Of a stretch of DNA of 64,000 bases, positions 50,444-64,000 are shown one piece after another (the first letter of the stretch is position 1; every line of letters starts with the position of its first letter). The position numbers were made by a program, and so were the translations under genes. Source of the DNA: Octopus sinensis (taxonomy: Eukaryota); the NCBI RefSeq assembly GCF_006345805.1, contig NW_021836130.1:186001-250000 (forward strand), written 5' to 3'. A model generated the notes under the pieces. That model worked only from the letters and a program-made list of their open reading frames with translations, had not been told where the DNA came from and ran no database searches.

Positions 50444-51364
50444 AGCAAGAGGATAAATTCTGAGATAGATAAACGATGGTAAATAAGAATCATATATGTA
50501 ATAATGTTTATTTTAGATGTGTTTGAAGCAAATGTAATATTACTTGTGACATATTGTTGATTTGTTTGGAAATGTTTCTGTTGTTTAAAAGATGCTGTTT
50601 TGGAAAAACTGACATAATAAGCAGTAAAAAATAGTAATGATGTTGATAAAGTGGAAGGTATAATTTTCTGTAAATACAAAGTTGTTCATAAAAATTCGAA
50701 ATTTGATTATATTAAAATAATGATTATTACTCACTTTTTCTAATAAAAAAGTAAATGTATTATTATTTTTGCTGACTATTTTTTGATTAATATGTTACTT
50801 GTGAGAGAAATATTATCAGATATTTTTGTATTAGTATATTATAAACCAAGTTACATTCATTATATAGTCAATTATTATATAATAACATTACATGATTGAT
50901 TAATTTTTAAAATATTTAAATAGTAAATCAAACCGGATTTCAACAAAGAAATAAGATTTAAGTAGTTTGAAATACTCCAGACATAATTTAAATCTCGTGT
51001 CGACACGATCTGGAAAACATTTTCTTTAATTTATTATCAACCTGCACTTCTGGAATGAAATTAGAAAAAAAATGTCTTGCACTTTGTTAAATAAATATAT
51101 TTGCGTTACATATAAGTCGTAAACGTGTATGAAATGATTGATTAATAAATTGTTCTTGTTACTAAGTTATCTGGCTTATAAAAAAACTTCGCCATCCGCC
51201 TTGTTCACTACTTGACCGTTGTCATTGTAATGCTTTTTCCTTTTTTTCAATCACTCCATCAAGGTCCCCAAACTCTGATTTTTTAATTTTTAGGGGATTT
51301 GCTTTTGAAAATGCAACAAATTGCATTTTTATGTTGAATTTAATTAATTATTACGATTATATAA

Positions 51365-52010
51365 TATCACAGTCCGAATAAAATACAAAATGTTTAATTA
51401 TTATTAAAAATAATTTCTTTCCATTATCACTATGTAGCGGAGGCCCGACATAATAAAAAATTATTTGGAATAAATCTGCGATTTCAGCAGAAGATTTGGT
51501 CACCGACATTTCAAGCATTACATATTTGGAAAAAGAATTTACAATTACCAAAATCTATTTTAGTAACATATCATACCCAGCCATCATTCATCGTCGAATA
51601 TCTTCTGAGGTCAATTAAATCCGCAATGTATCTGTCTCTACATCTCCTTGCAATGATTGGCGTAATTGGAGGCTTCGTATACAATAATTTTTTAGACCAA
51701 AAATATTTATTGAAAAGAGTTATTACTTGACAGAAAGCACAAAGCGAAATCACCTTAGAGATTTCTTCTCTATTCAATCCATAATTGAGATTTCTTAATT
51801 TCGAAAAAAGCCGGTCTCTCCCAAAGTGGTAATGTTCCGCCTAACTTTTATTTTTGCACCTCAACGCACTTTAATTCGATTTCATCTTCACAGAAAAAAC
51901 GCAAATTAAGCCCATTCTTTCAAAAATATGTTTTTCCATCTTCAAAATAGATATTTATTATGTCAGACTAATTTTTTAAATTTCTAGCGTATTTTATTCG
52001 GACTGTGACA
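51365..52010 (-). mobile_element. Deleted Ginger2-like transposon with TIRs and 5-bp TSD
   Basis: TIRs T(G/A)TCACAGTCCGAATAAAATAC at both ends; TATAA/TATAA flanks (51360-51364, 52011-52015). Integrase N-half: H.GRDRLF..CAFCQ, RDRYIADLIDL, VIVNSFSKY, HSDNG. Confidence 0.85.
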
Positions 52011-52977
52011 TATAATAAAAAATAAAACCAATTTTTATTTTCTAATGAAAATAAATTATTTTATTGCAGGTATTGGAAAAGCTGCTCAAACTTCTTTAAG
52101 TCCTCATCCCAAATATGTCCAACCCATCCTGCTTCATCAATTTTAAGATTGTAGAATATTTAGAAAGGTTGTTTTTTTCTTGTAATTATTAGTTTCTGTG
52201 TGCAGGCCGTCTTTTTAAAGATTCGCCGTGTGTTTATTAAGCTTCTTACAAGGGAGAAGATAAATAAATATAGTTTTTTCGGAATTTTGAAGAGGATAAT
52301 CTTCAATTTTATGCTGATTTGAAACATAAAGCAAACTATTGCCTAAGAAGAGTAATATTTCGTTCAATACAGAACATTTTAAAACACACAATTATCATCA
52401 CTTTTGTGAAAAGCGTTTTTTGTGTCCGGAGCTTTCTTTTATATTTAAGACCGCTGCCAAAATCCTCAAAAATCTTTTTTAAGATTCTTATTTTAATGAC
52501 CTATTCAGAAAATCTATCGGACTATTAGGATCTCACTAATAGATTCAGTTGTATATTTCGTTTTGCAGTCAAGTGATGAAAATTTCGACTCTCTAAAAAT
52601 AATTTTCAAAAACTGGGGACCCCGGAAGAAGTTATGTTATTATTATAACCAAGATTACCGTCAAAAATCATAGAACTAATTAATCAGGTGATCCCGACTT
52701 CTCTGAGGAGGGTCCGAAGAAGTTATGTGGAATGATAAAAATAATAATGAGTCAGATTCTCAACTAAGTTTAACCACAAGATCTAGAAATAGAAACATTA
52801 ACTTCATTCCAGGTTTCTGACAAATTATAAATAAAACTCGATTGATTTTTCAATTTGTGTTTTTTATTTTCAAATTATCTTGTTCGAAGCAAATTATAAG
52901 TCAAATCACTATAATCTTCAGATTAGAAAAAAATAAACAACAAAAATGAAATGACCAAAAAAAGTAATTAATGTAAA

Positions 52978-54481
<1,504 letters not shown>

Positions 54482-54823
54482 TTGTGTAACAATGTGATAT
54501 ATTACTTGTATTAATTTAAAATTATTTATAATATTCTAATCGTCTACATCTTAATTACATTTTATAAAAATAAATGTTAAATATTGATTAATTATAGTAA
54601 CCAAGCAATGATGAATTAGTTAGAAGAACTACTTTAATATTCAAAAATGTCTGTTTAATTAAAACCAATTTATCGGTTAAATAAATATTATTTACTTATT
54701 AATAAATATATATTCATAAATTATATAAAATAATAAATAAATTATGAACAAGCGGTCGTTTTAAGTTGTGGTTGTGTTTTCCATATCTTATACATTTATA
54801 TATATTTATTATTAGTAGAATAA
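54482..54823. promoter_or_regulatory. Candidate bidirectional promoter between PSMC2 and KIF21
   Basis: Divergent genes ~340 bp apart with an AT-rich spacer and TTGTGGTTGTG at ~54766. Confidence 0.5.
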
Positions 54824-57800
54824 ATGAATAAATTGAACGAGAATTCAAAAGTTAAGGTGGCCATTCGGTAAATAAATTTCAATCACCACCAGTGTCCGTC
54901 CTCTCACCGGGAGTGAGTTATGTGAGGAATATCCCTACTACACTAAAGTCCTACCTGAGACCTCCCAAATATTGTTGGGTGGCAATAAATATTTCACTTT
55001 CGACCACGTTTTTGGGGTCAAATCCAACCAATCTCAAATCTATTCCTCAATCGCCCACAATTTAGTGGAAGGGTATTTCCCTATCTAATTGTAGGTCCTT
55101 CGAAGGCTACAATGCCACAATCCTCGCATATGGACAGGTTTTAACTCCTTTCTACTTTAGACCGGTTCTGGGAAGACTTTCTCGATGGGCTCGTCATTCA
55201 ACGTGGATTTGAAGGAAGACCAAGTGGGGATAATTCCTCGTGCTCTTCTCATTTATTTTCGGGGATTAAAGCACGTTCTGAGTCAGAATTCAAACTGTCC
55301 ATCCAATTTGTCGAGGTTTGTCAGGTCAGTTCAAATTGGCAGATTTACAACGAGGAAATCAGAGATTTGTTGGACATTGGCACAAAAGTAGTCCAAAATG
55401 GTCATATCGTAGAATAAAAGTCAAATAAAAATCCACGAGGATTCCCAGGGAGGAATATATTTGGTGGGGGCAACCATGAAGGTGGTGACTGACTTGGAAC
55501 AAGTGACAAACCAACTCAGAATGGGTTGTGATCAGAGAACGACAGGAAGTACTAACATGAACAACCAATCTTCTCGTTCTCATGCAATATTTTCTATTTT
55601 AATTAACCAAGAGAAAGTCATTGAGTTGGAAAAAGTTGATTAATTAGTTTGATTGGATCAGGGTGAGTCACACAAGGAGATTCTAACATCTAAATTTAAT
55701 TTTGTGGATCTTGCTGGGTCAGAACGACTAAAAAGGACTGGTGCGACCGGAGAGAGGGCAAAGGAGGGGATTTCTATAAATTGTGGACTGGTTTGGTGTG
55801 TTTGGAAGACTATAGTTCGCATTGGGTAACGTAATCTCAGCTTTGGCTGATAAAATGAAGACAGGGACATTTGTGCCTTATAGGACATCAAAGCTGACTC
55901 GAATATTGCAGGATTCGCTTGGGGGGAATAGTCGGACTGTCATGTTGGCGTGTGTTTCCCCCTCTGTCCGTGACTGTATTGAGACAACTGGGACAGTCGA
56001 ATATGCAAATAGAGCAAAGAATATAGAAAATAAGGCAACAGTCAACCAAGATCTCAATAGTCGGGAAATTATGACTCTTCGGACACAAATATTGAAATTG
56101 CAGAAGGAGTTGGCCAGTTGTGGGTATTTGGACTTGTGGTGGACTGGTAGAATTCGGATGGGATGAGACTGAGACTGATTGACCTAGAAATGGAGAATTC
56201 GCAGTTGCACCAGCAAATAAGTGAACAGAAGCTAGAAATTAGTCGTCATATTCCCGTTTTGAAGAGATTCAGATCAATTCAGATAAAAATAGGCTGGAAG
56301 AATATTTGGCAGGTGAGTTGTGTGATTTGAGTGTAGTGTGTGGTGGGGAGGACATGGTTGTTCGGATATTATAAAAGAACTAATAGAAGAGAACTCGTCA
56401 CTCAAGTAATCTCATTTGAGTAATGTGAAGGAATAAAATATTGATTTGGAGTCACTCAAACATGATGACAAAACACCCGACACTGATGTGAGTGGTCTAA
56501 ATGAATAATAGATTAATCAACTCATCCAAAACAGTGCGCAGACAAAGAGAGGAATCTACAAGAATGTGTTCTGATACGTAAATAATAAGCCAATTAGTTA
56601 ATTTATTAGACAAAGTGAGGATATGGAGAGCAGAGAGGAAGATAACACGTTGATTGAGAGAGATGGGACTGTGGACGGCATTTCTGATTCCAGTCAAATG
56701 GTCAGTCTGGCACAGGAGATTGAGTCGAAAGAAAGGCTGATTCGAGTGATTGAAACCTCCCGTATTCGCTGCAAAGAGATGGAGACTTGTTACGAGACTA
56801 AAATAGGAGCAATGCTCAGCAAAATAAAGTCCTTGGAGCAAGAACGTGATTTGATATCAAGACGAAACAGCAGTAAATCAACCTCTTTAATACTCAATAG
56901 ACAAGAAGGATGTCCGTTCTAACGAGAGGGTGGAGGAATGTGAGAAGAAGATCGCAGAATTAAATAGTTGTGTTCAGAAATACAAGTCATTACTGCGAGA
57001 GAAGACACAGCAACTCAAAATCACTGCCACTTCTGAGCGGGACCTTCAAATGCTGAAGAAAGAATTGGCGGAGATGAAGAAATTAAAGGTGTATTGTGAA
57101 ATATATTTAAGGTCAATATGATGAAGAAAATGAGAGAGGAAGCCACTCGGAGTCGACAGAGGGATGTGGGTCATACCAAAGAAGTCAATCAACTCGAAAG
57201 GAAGTTTCAGCGAACATTGTCTGATAACAGAAGTCTAAAAATTGGGTTGGAGCAGAAAGACTCGTTGCTAAAGAGGAAGCAGGCCGATGTTGGAGTGTGG
57301 TGGATTAACTAATTAGATTGAGAGTCTGAGAAGGAAGAATAGGCTAATCAGTGTGGAGGCGACTAAATCGAGTATGACTGTGTTATTTATGCTTAGATAG
57401 GAGAAAGATATTGAAGGAATTGGTCGACAAGAACATAAAAACAGTGGAGGATTGGATTTCCAACATGAGTGGACATCAAGTGACAATCAACAATATAGAA
57501 AAGGACATGTTCAGTTGGGTTAAGGTAGTTTGAGAACATTCTAGTCCTTCTAGAAACAAAATTCATATAAAAACGGCTTGTATCATTAAGGGAGAAGAGA
57601 TCACGTCTCCCTGCTCATAAAACAGTTGGTTATGAATTATGACGAGAAGGATAAGGCTGATTTGCTGGATACAAAGATATCCTCGGTGGAGTCTACGATT
57701 GAGTTTATAAGCAGTCACGTGAAGGATTGTCAGTCAAAGATAACACATTTCATGTCCAAAAAGGTGGAGTGAGTGAATTATGAGTATAGAATGAATTTGG

Positions 57801-59667
57801 GTCTGCCGACGAGTTGTCCTCCAGTCTATGTGATTACTTACAGAATTCTGAGGATATCAAGCCGATTCTGGTCAATATCCTCGAGAACATGATCGAGAAG
57901 GCTGATTGTTGTAGACTAATAGACAGATTGTGCAGTTGGAGAAGACAATTGTGGATAATAAGGCACTTCGTGCGAGAATTTCCAAATTGGACGCACGGAG
58001 TAGTTTCAGGGCGGAATTGTATGGCAATCTGATGGACTTGGTGCCCAACGACGAAGACAAGTTGAATATTGACTTGAGTTTCCTCGGAGATGACGTGTCT
58101 GATCCAGATTTCGACGATGAAGAAGGTTGAGTGACTAATATTCCTCCCAGAGACCGAGGATGAATTTGACGGAGACATTCCTTCCACAACCAATCCTAAT
58201 GAACTGTATTACCTTATGATTCACACTGCAGGACAGTTCAAGTTGGTGTCGTCCAAGATGTTGGTATTTTGGTTTAGTTTTAGGAAGTTATTCCAAGAAA
58301 ACACAGACTGACTGCCATGCCCTCGATGATTGACACTTTGTCCAGGTGGTTGATCTGTTGTTGCATGTTTAGTACTATTGCTACGTCGTCGAGTGGAAGT
58401 GTTGTGCCTGTGCCTCATCACATGTTCATCAAGTCGGCCAGTCACACTTTCTCTATCTCAGATGTACAGAAAATAAAGGACGCGATGGAGAGGTAGTGTC
58501 CATACCTCAAATTTAGTTCTCGGTTTTCCCACTTTTCTGAAGGAAAGAGCGGACCCAAGTCCTTATTCCTGGAGAATGTGTTCGAAATAAGAGGGCCACG
58601 TGGGGGAATTGTGTCAATGAGTGCCAGTCAGGATAGACTTGTGAGTTCTAGCAAGGGTTACTCTCAATAACTGATTCCAGACTGTTCGAATAATTTGTGG
58701 GATTTGGAGGCGTTTTGTGAAGTGCAGACTTACAGTGGATACCCCACCCCACGTCACGAGGAATATCAACCTTTCCCCGAACTGAGGATGGTGGTCATGA
58801 CGGCTTCGTACTGCTCAATGGTGTGGGACATTCGAGAGCCTGCTAAAAAGAAATTTTCTATTTTTTGGTTATTTTTACATTTTGAGTGTCAGTTCTGATG
58901 GAAGTGTATTCAGGAATGCACAAAGTTTTAATGAAATGCCCAACGCTTGTTCGACGCCGTTGGTTGTGTGCTTATCTGTGGATAGACTAAGTCTGTATTC
59001 TTCTCATTCCAATGTTGTGAATGTCTGGGATTTGTCCAGGTTTGCACATTGGGTCATTATTTTAGAATGGAAGCACGTCCCAATACATTTATGTGCGACT
59101 CTTTGATTGTATTTTTGCTTGAGGTGGTCATTGAGGATGTTCTTTATCTCATTGCTGCTTTGAAAGATCGAACTCTTTGTGTATATTTTGGGAGAATAAC
59201 TTGATAAGGTGTTTAATGTGAAAGGGGACACTTTTGGGATGTTCACCCCAGATGTGTTGTTCGCACTCCCCACAATGATAGAATTGTCCATCTATATGTG
59301 ATTGGGAGTTTTCTATTCTCAGTAAGTCATGACGGGTGTGTGTGTAAATGGGATGTGAGGGATTCGTTAAGAATAGTCAATGTGATGTCTATGGTTATAT
59401 TTTTAGAGGAATGTTCTGGAACATTCTGGAAGGAGTATTCAGTGTGTCCACGATATTCCGTTTTGGAGAATGCGTTTTGTTAGTGGGTGTCGGAATAGTG
59501 TGGTCAAAGTTTGGAATTCGGAGTCGATGGAGTGCAATGACTCGTTTAAAATTAGTGACAAGGGATTAATTGTTTTGCTGTAAATATGATGCTCTTTTTT
59601 ATCGGATTGGAGTTTGAGTTTTATTTAATATTTTAGTTTCATTTCTGCATGGAAGAACAGGATGTAG
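54824..59667 (+). CDS. KIF21: Kinesin-4 family KIF21-like protein (motor, coiled coil, C-terminal WD40-like repeats)
   Basis: VKVAIR; FTFDHVF; [16 protein letters not shown]; SSRSHAIF; [30 protein letters not shown]; LQDSLGGNS; long coiled coil; C-terminal WD-like motifs. Many micro-introns; end approximate. Confidence 0.85.
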
Positions 59668-60669
59668 ATATTGAAATTCGGTTCTCTTTGACTGTATTTA
59701 AAATCTTTCTATTTGTTTTTTGCAGGTGCTAGTCTTATTTTCTAACTCAGGGTAGGCAAGGAGTTTTGACAGATTAAACTAAGAGGGATTTTTTGTAGTA
59801 TTAAGTTGTCTCTTGTTCACGTCTTGAGTTTCAAGCCAAGAAATACGCTTTGAGATCGCTGTGAATTTTGTATATCCATTTCCAACAGTCTAAGTAGTCT
59901 TTAGTTTTTTCATCTCGGCCAATTCTATACAAATATACACTGAAATGGATCGCAACGTGACAAAGCAGCATTTTGGGCTGAAGTATTTTTATTCTTAACT
60001 TCGGCCCGCTTCAAAAGTAAACATTAATTTAAATGACTACTTTAGCTAGTCAAAAATTCATTGTTTTATGTAAAAGGCGACTGGATTGTTTTTTTCCAAC
60101 TCAAAAAAGTCTGCTTTCCATAAAATAATTCACGTCTTAGTAACAAACTCAAATACTATGCATATCTTTAAGAGTGGACCAAGCAAGAAACTAATTTTGA
60201 TTCATCAAGCAGCAAGAACCTTACTATAAGATGGCTTATTTGATAACTCATTCTTTTTCAAACGACTTTAAAACGTCTTATTTATAATTCAACATTTATC
60301 AAAGAAAAAAGAAATAAACTTTCACTGTTCTTTACATAAGTACATGTACCCCTGAATATTTTCCATGTTTTTAATTAAATAATCCTTTGTCCTACATGTT
60401 GCTGTACAGCTTAGTACTTTCTAAGAAATATGAAAATTGTTTAATTTGTATTCATTATCATAAATTTAAAACGGAAGTGCCTTCAAAAACTAGGGTTTGG
60501 TTCAAAGTATTTTTATAGTTTATTTAACTTACATTTTTGCTTACCTTGCAAACAAAGAACTCATTTACCTCTCCCGAAGTGTTTATATTGGGATAATAAA
60601 ATAACTTGTGATTCTTTGGTCTATAGTTTATAGATTTCTATTCTGTTTTTCATTGGCTCAAATCACTTC

Positions 60670-61070
60670 CTATCCCCAGCACGGGATTACCACTGGACAA
60701 TGAATCCTTACGGATCGGGATCTGTTTACGCTTGTGTTGAACATCTGCCAGCCCCACCATTGCCGGTGCGGGTCCACAATTTCGTAGAACAGCTCCACGC
60801 CTTGTCGTGTACAAAGAGTGCCGGTAGAATTTCTCGCCACACCTTTAAAGTCGGCTAGTTTCCCTTCCATTCTAAGGTCTGTCGGCCTTTCCGGGAGCGA
60901 CGATAAGCGTCCCGACGGGATGACGACCTTTCCTTTCAGGGGACGCAAGTCCCTAGTTTGGAACGACACCTGCCTCGACTCCTTCTTGGTGACCATGTTA
61001 CTCAAAACTTGCAGCAACCCGGGCTTTGCCAGTGATCAGGCCGAAGAGTTAAAGAAAAATTTTCATTAAT
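60670..61070 (+). mobile_element. CRE-like endonuclease fragment; overlapping pieces repeated at ~62140-62670
   Basis: CQPHHCRCG..LHALSC; DDKRPDGMTTFPF..SLVWNDTCLDS. TATCCCCAGCACGGGATTAC and CCTTACGGATCGGGATCTGTTTA recur at ~62228 and ~62613. Confidence 0.65.
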
Positions 61071-64000
61071 TCATTTAGAGGCTATTTTCGTGCAGGATGA
61101 AATGCAACAGTACCGAGTCAAGTAATTCACTGTCATCCACTGTTTTATTTAAGTAGATTTTTAGTTTCATTCCCGAAATCGCTTGAAAGGCTGTCTCGAA
61201 CGTAATAATAACGTCATCAGCATAAATAAACACATTTGTTAAGATGCACACATGTTTTGGAAAGTTTTCCATATACACTTTTTTTTTTATGATTTGGAAC
61301 TTTGGAAATCCTCTTTGGAGGCTGGCAGATGGATCTGCTTCCAAAACCACTGCGAGCTGATTGCGGAGGAATTCGGTAGTCTCCTCTCGGCTCGACAGGC
61401 ATCCTCTTCGAAATTGCAGGCAAATTATTTCAGCCTTTGATTGGGTTCTAGATTTCTAAGAAATATGAAGATTGTTTAATTTTTATTTATCATCATAAAT
61501 TTTAAATAACTAATACAGTCGAACTCCGGGATGAGGCATCAAGTACCCAAAAAGCGGGTGTGCCCTCAAACCGGGGTTTGGTTCAAAGTATTAATTTAGT
61601 TAGTAGCCCCGAACTGCCCGACATGCAGGAAGCCGGCGGTTATTAAGCCGCGCACACCCTGGACCGGTCGCTCCTAGAGATACCGAAGCGCTGTGCGTGG
61701 TAGCGAAATTACCGGTTGCCCAGGACAGGAAAACAAGTGATGGACGTAGATCGAGTAAAGGTAACATGCCTGGTAGGGCTTTCTTTTTAGTTTTTTTCCA
61801 TGAAATCGCGTGCAAGGCAGGGGTGATGTCCGCAGCAAAGTCTAGCGAAAGTCACATGTTTTTTTCTTGGCAATAGTGATTCTGATTCATCGATTTCTGG
61901 GGGAGGTTCTTGGAGTATTTGGTTCGGTGATAGTCTCCGGATTGACCTCGTGGAGATAAAATAGTGTATTAGATCCGATCTTTTTTTCGTTTCCCAAGGG
62001 GATTTTCAACATAGTTTTTTCCAGGTCAGCACAGGTAGCACGTATTTACCTTTTGTTGGCGTAAAGTATTAACTTGTAGTTTAAGTATAAGTTAATACTT
62101 GATTTACATTATTATTTACTTCGCGAACAAAAAACTCTTTTACTTCGATAATAAAATAAGTTGTGATTCTTTGCTTTATAGTTTAAAGATTTTTATTCTT
62201 TTTTTTTCATTGGACCAAAGCACTTCTATCCCCAGCACGGGATTACTACTGGACTTGACAATCATCCATGAATGTTTCATTTTTGAGAAAAAATTGGAAA
62301 AGACCAGAAGATTTGCTATTAAATTGGCTTTTGGATTGGACTTAAATTCAAAAATCGAAGATGCTTATGACGTTAAAGTCAGAAGGATATAAGATTTGTT
62401 ACATCACTTGTGAAAATTATGATGTAATTTTTTTTCTTTTGGGTATATGCAAAGAAGAGACATGTGGTGTCTCATAAAATGACCCTATACAATGAAATCA
62501 AACCCACTTTAATTAGCCTCTTGTTCTGCTCTTGGCTTTTTCCCTAACATTAATTTATGGGTTTGTTGGGAAATAAAACTTGTCTTGTCTTGTCTACTAC
62601 TGGACGATGAACCCTTACGGATCGGGATCTGTTTATGTTTGGGTTTGAACATCTGCGAGTCTCACTCTATGTATTTTTGCCTCCTTTTGCCTTCCAAACC
62701 TCAGGAATCTTCGGCAAGGCCACGACTCAAAAAATATTTTTCGTTAAATAAAAAGAAATTGTGGATTTTTAAATTTATTAAATAAACTGAGGAATTTTTT
62801 AATGAAACCAAAGAACAAAATTGATCATTCAGCAATATCTTCGAGATAGGTTATAAGGGATGTGAGGCCATTTATATAGTTCATGTCTAACTCATTAGAA
62901 GGCAATGCATGAGCAAAGTCAATCATTTTTATTTCAATCTGATCTTCCTTGCATTCTTTGAAATCAGTTTCATAAATTATATTAAATTGATGTTGCGATA
63001 AATCTCCACGTTTTTTGAATTTCGAAAATTTTTAGGAGCTCTTTCAGTTTTTGTATTACAATTTTTAAATATTCTCTCCCATTTGCGAAAAAAAAGACTC
63101 AATGCTGTAATTATTAATAAATAAATATTTTTCACCATTACGAGTTGTTTCGGGTGTAAGCTGAAGGCCATATTCCTTATCGTAAACGTCGTAATAATCA
63201 AACCGGCACCATCTCTTTAGAATTTAAGTATTGACACAAAAAACCCTCATTCCGCATATTCGAAATTTGATGATATCTGCAAATGGAAATTTTTTCATCT
63301 TTTTTTCCTTTGAAGCTCAGATTCCCATGTGACTTGACCGATTTTGATATCAATTAATGAGGATTCTGAAATTTTGCTGATAGATCTTTGAGACAAACAT
63401 AATCTAAAATTAATTATTTATTATTGTTAAATTACAATTCTCAGATTCTTTACAATATACAGTATAAAAATAATCTGCAGTGAACGTATACAAAAGATTT
63501 GTATACTACCAATCGGAGCTTGTGAAACGTTTTTGTAGTAATTTGTTTCCATAACTCCTCGATTATCATTTTTTAACTTTTTTAATAGCTTTCCTTCTCC
63601 GTAACTAAGGAATTCTAATATTTAAACAAAATTTGTGATACTACCCTTTTTCCCTTTAGAGCTTATTCCTGCAACCTGATGAAAAATGGTTTTGTTTCTT
63701 TTAAGAGTACACTTCTAATTTACAATTTTTTAATAATATAATAATATTTACTTGGAATTCTTGCTGCATTTAGAATATATAGTAGTTGATTTCATATTTA
63801 TAAATAGTGAAAAACATTGATTTCAACAATTATCCTATATTGAATTCATTAAAGATTCATTCATTCAAATTTAAATCGAAATTACTACCCTGAATGCTGA
63901 ATGCATTTTAATTTTTTAAATTCTAATTTATTAAGAATTCATAAATATAAAGCACACACTAATTATAACTTCACTACTGTGTATTAAAGCACATTCAAGG

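Noticed and set aside
61600-62060. Possible gag/zinc-knuckle remnant
   Set aside because: Motif too degenerate to support a call.

Overview
Eukaryotic, AT-rich, extremely compact animal genomic DNA; an intronless SoxB gene, an ACK/TNK2-type gene and a KIF21-type kinesin indicate Metazoa. Almost all genes are split by tiny (~22-33 nt) GT-AG introns, which suggests a reduced parasite such as a dicyemid mesozoan; a myxozoan or orthonectid is not excluded (inference). Supported genes, left to right: UBE2V/MMS2, THG1L, an MTRFR-like GGQ release factor, CANT1 apyrase, a long coiled-coil gene, LIPE, STT3, SoxB, VBP1/PFDN3, an ACK-family pseudokinase, WDR33, a TACC-like gene, PSMC2/RPT1 and a KIF21-like kinesin. 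Transposon debris fills the spaces between gene islands (CRE-like, RTE-like, pogo, hAT, Ginger-like). It includes an apparently full-length RLE-type non-LTR retrotransposon nested in the left inverted repeat of an IR/DR Tc1 element. The most notable signals are: (1) a strong C-rich to G-rich skew switch inside most housekeeping genes, introns included; (2) a TTCTTGT(T)G(T)GG-like motif just upstream of many start codons, also present in the 27-nt leader of the retrotransposon; (3) an ACK orthologue that has lost its catalytic motifs; (4) transposases carrying host-type micro-introns. Many single-base deletions, mostly in short homopolymers, break conserved ORFs and are probably assembly errors, so gene ends are approximate.
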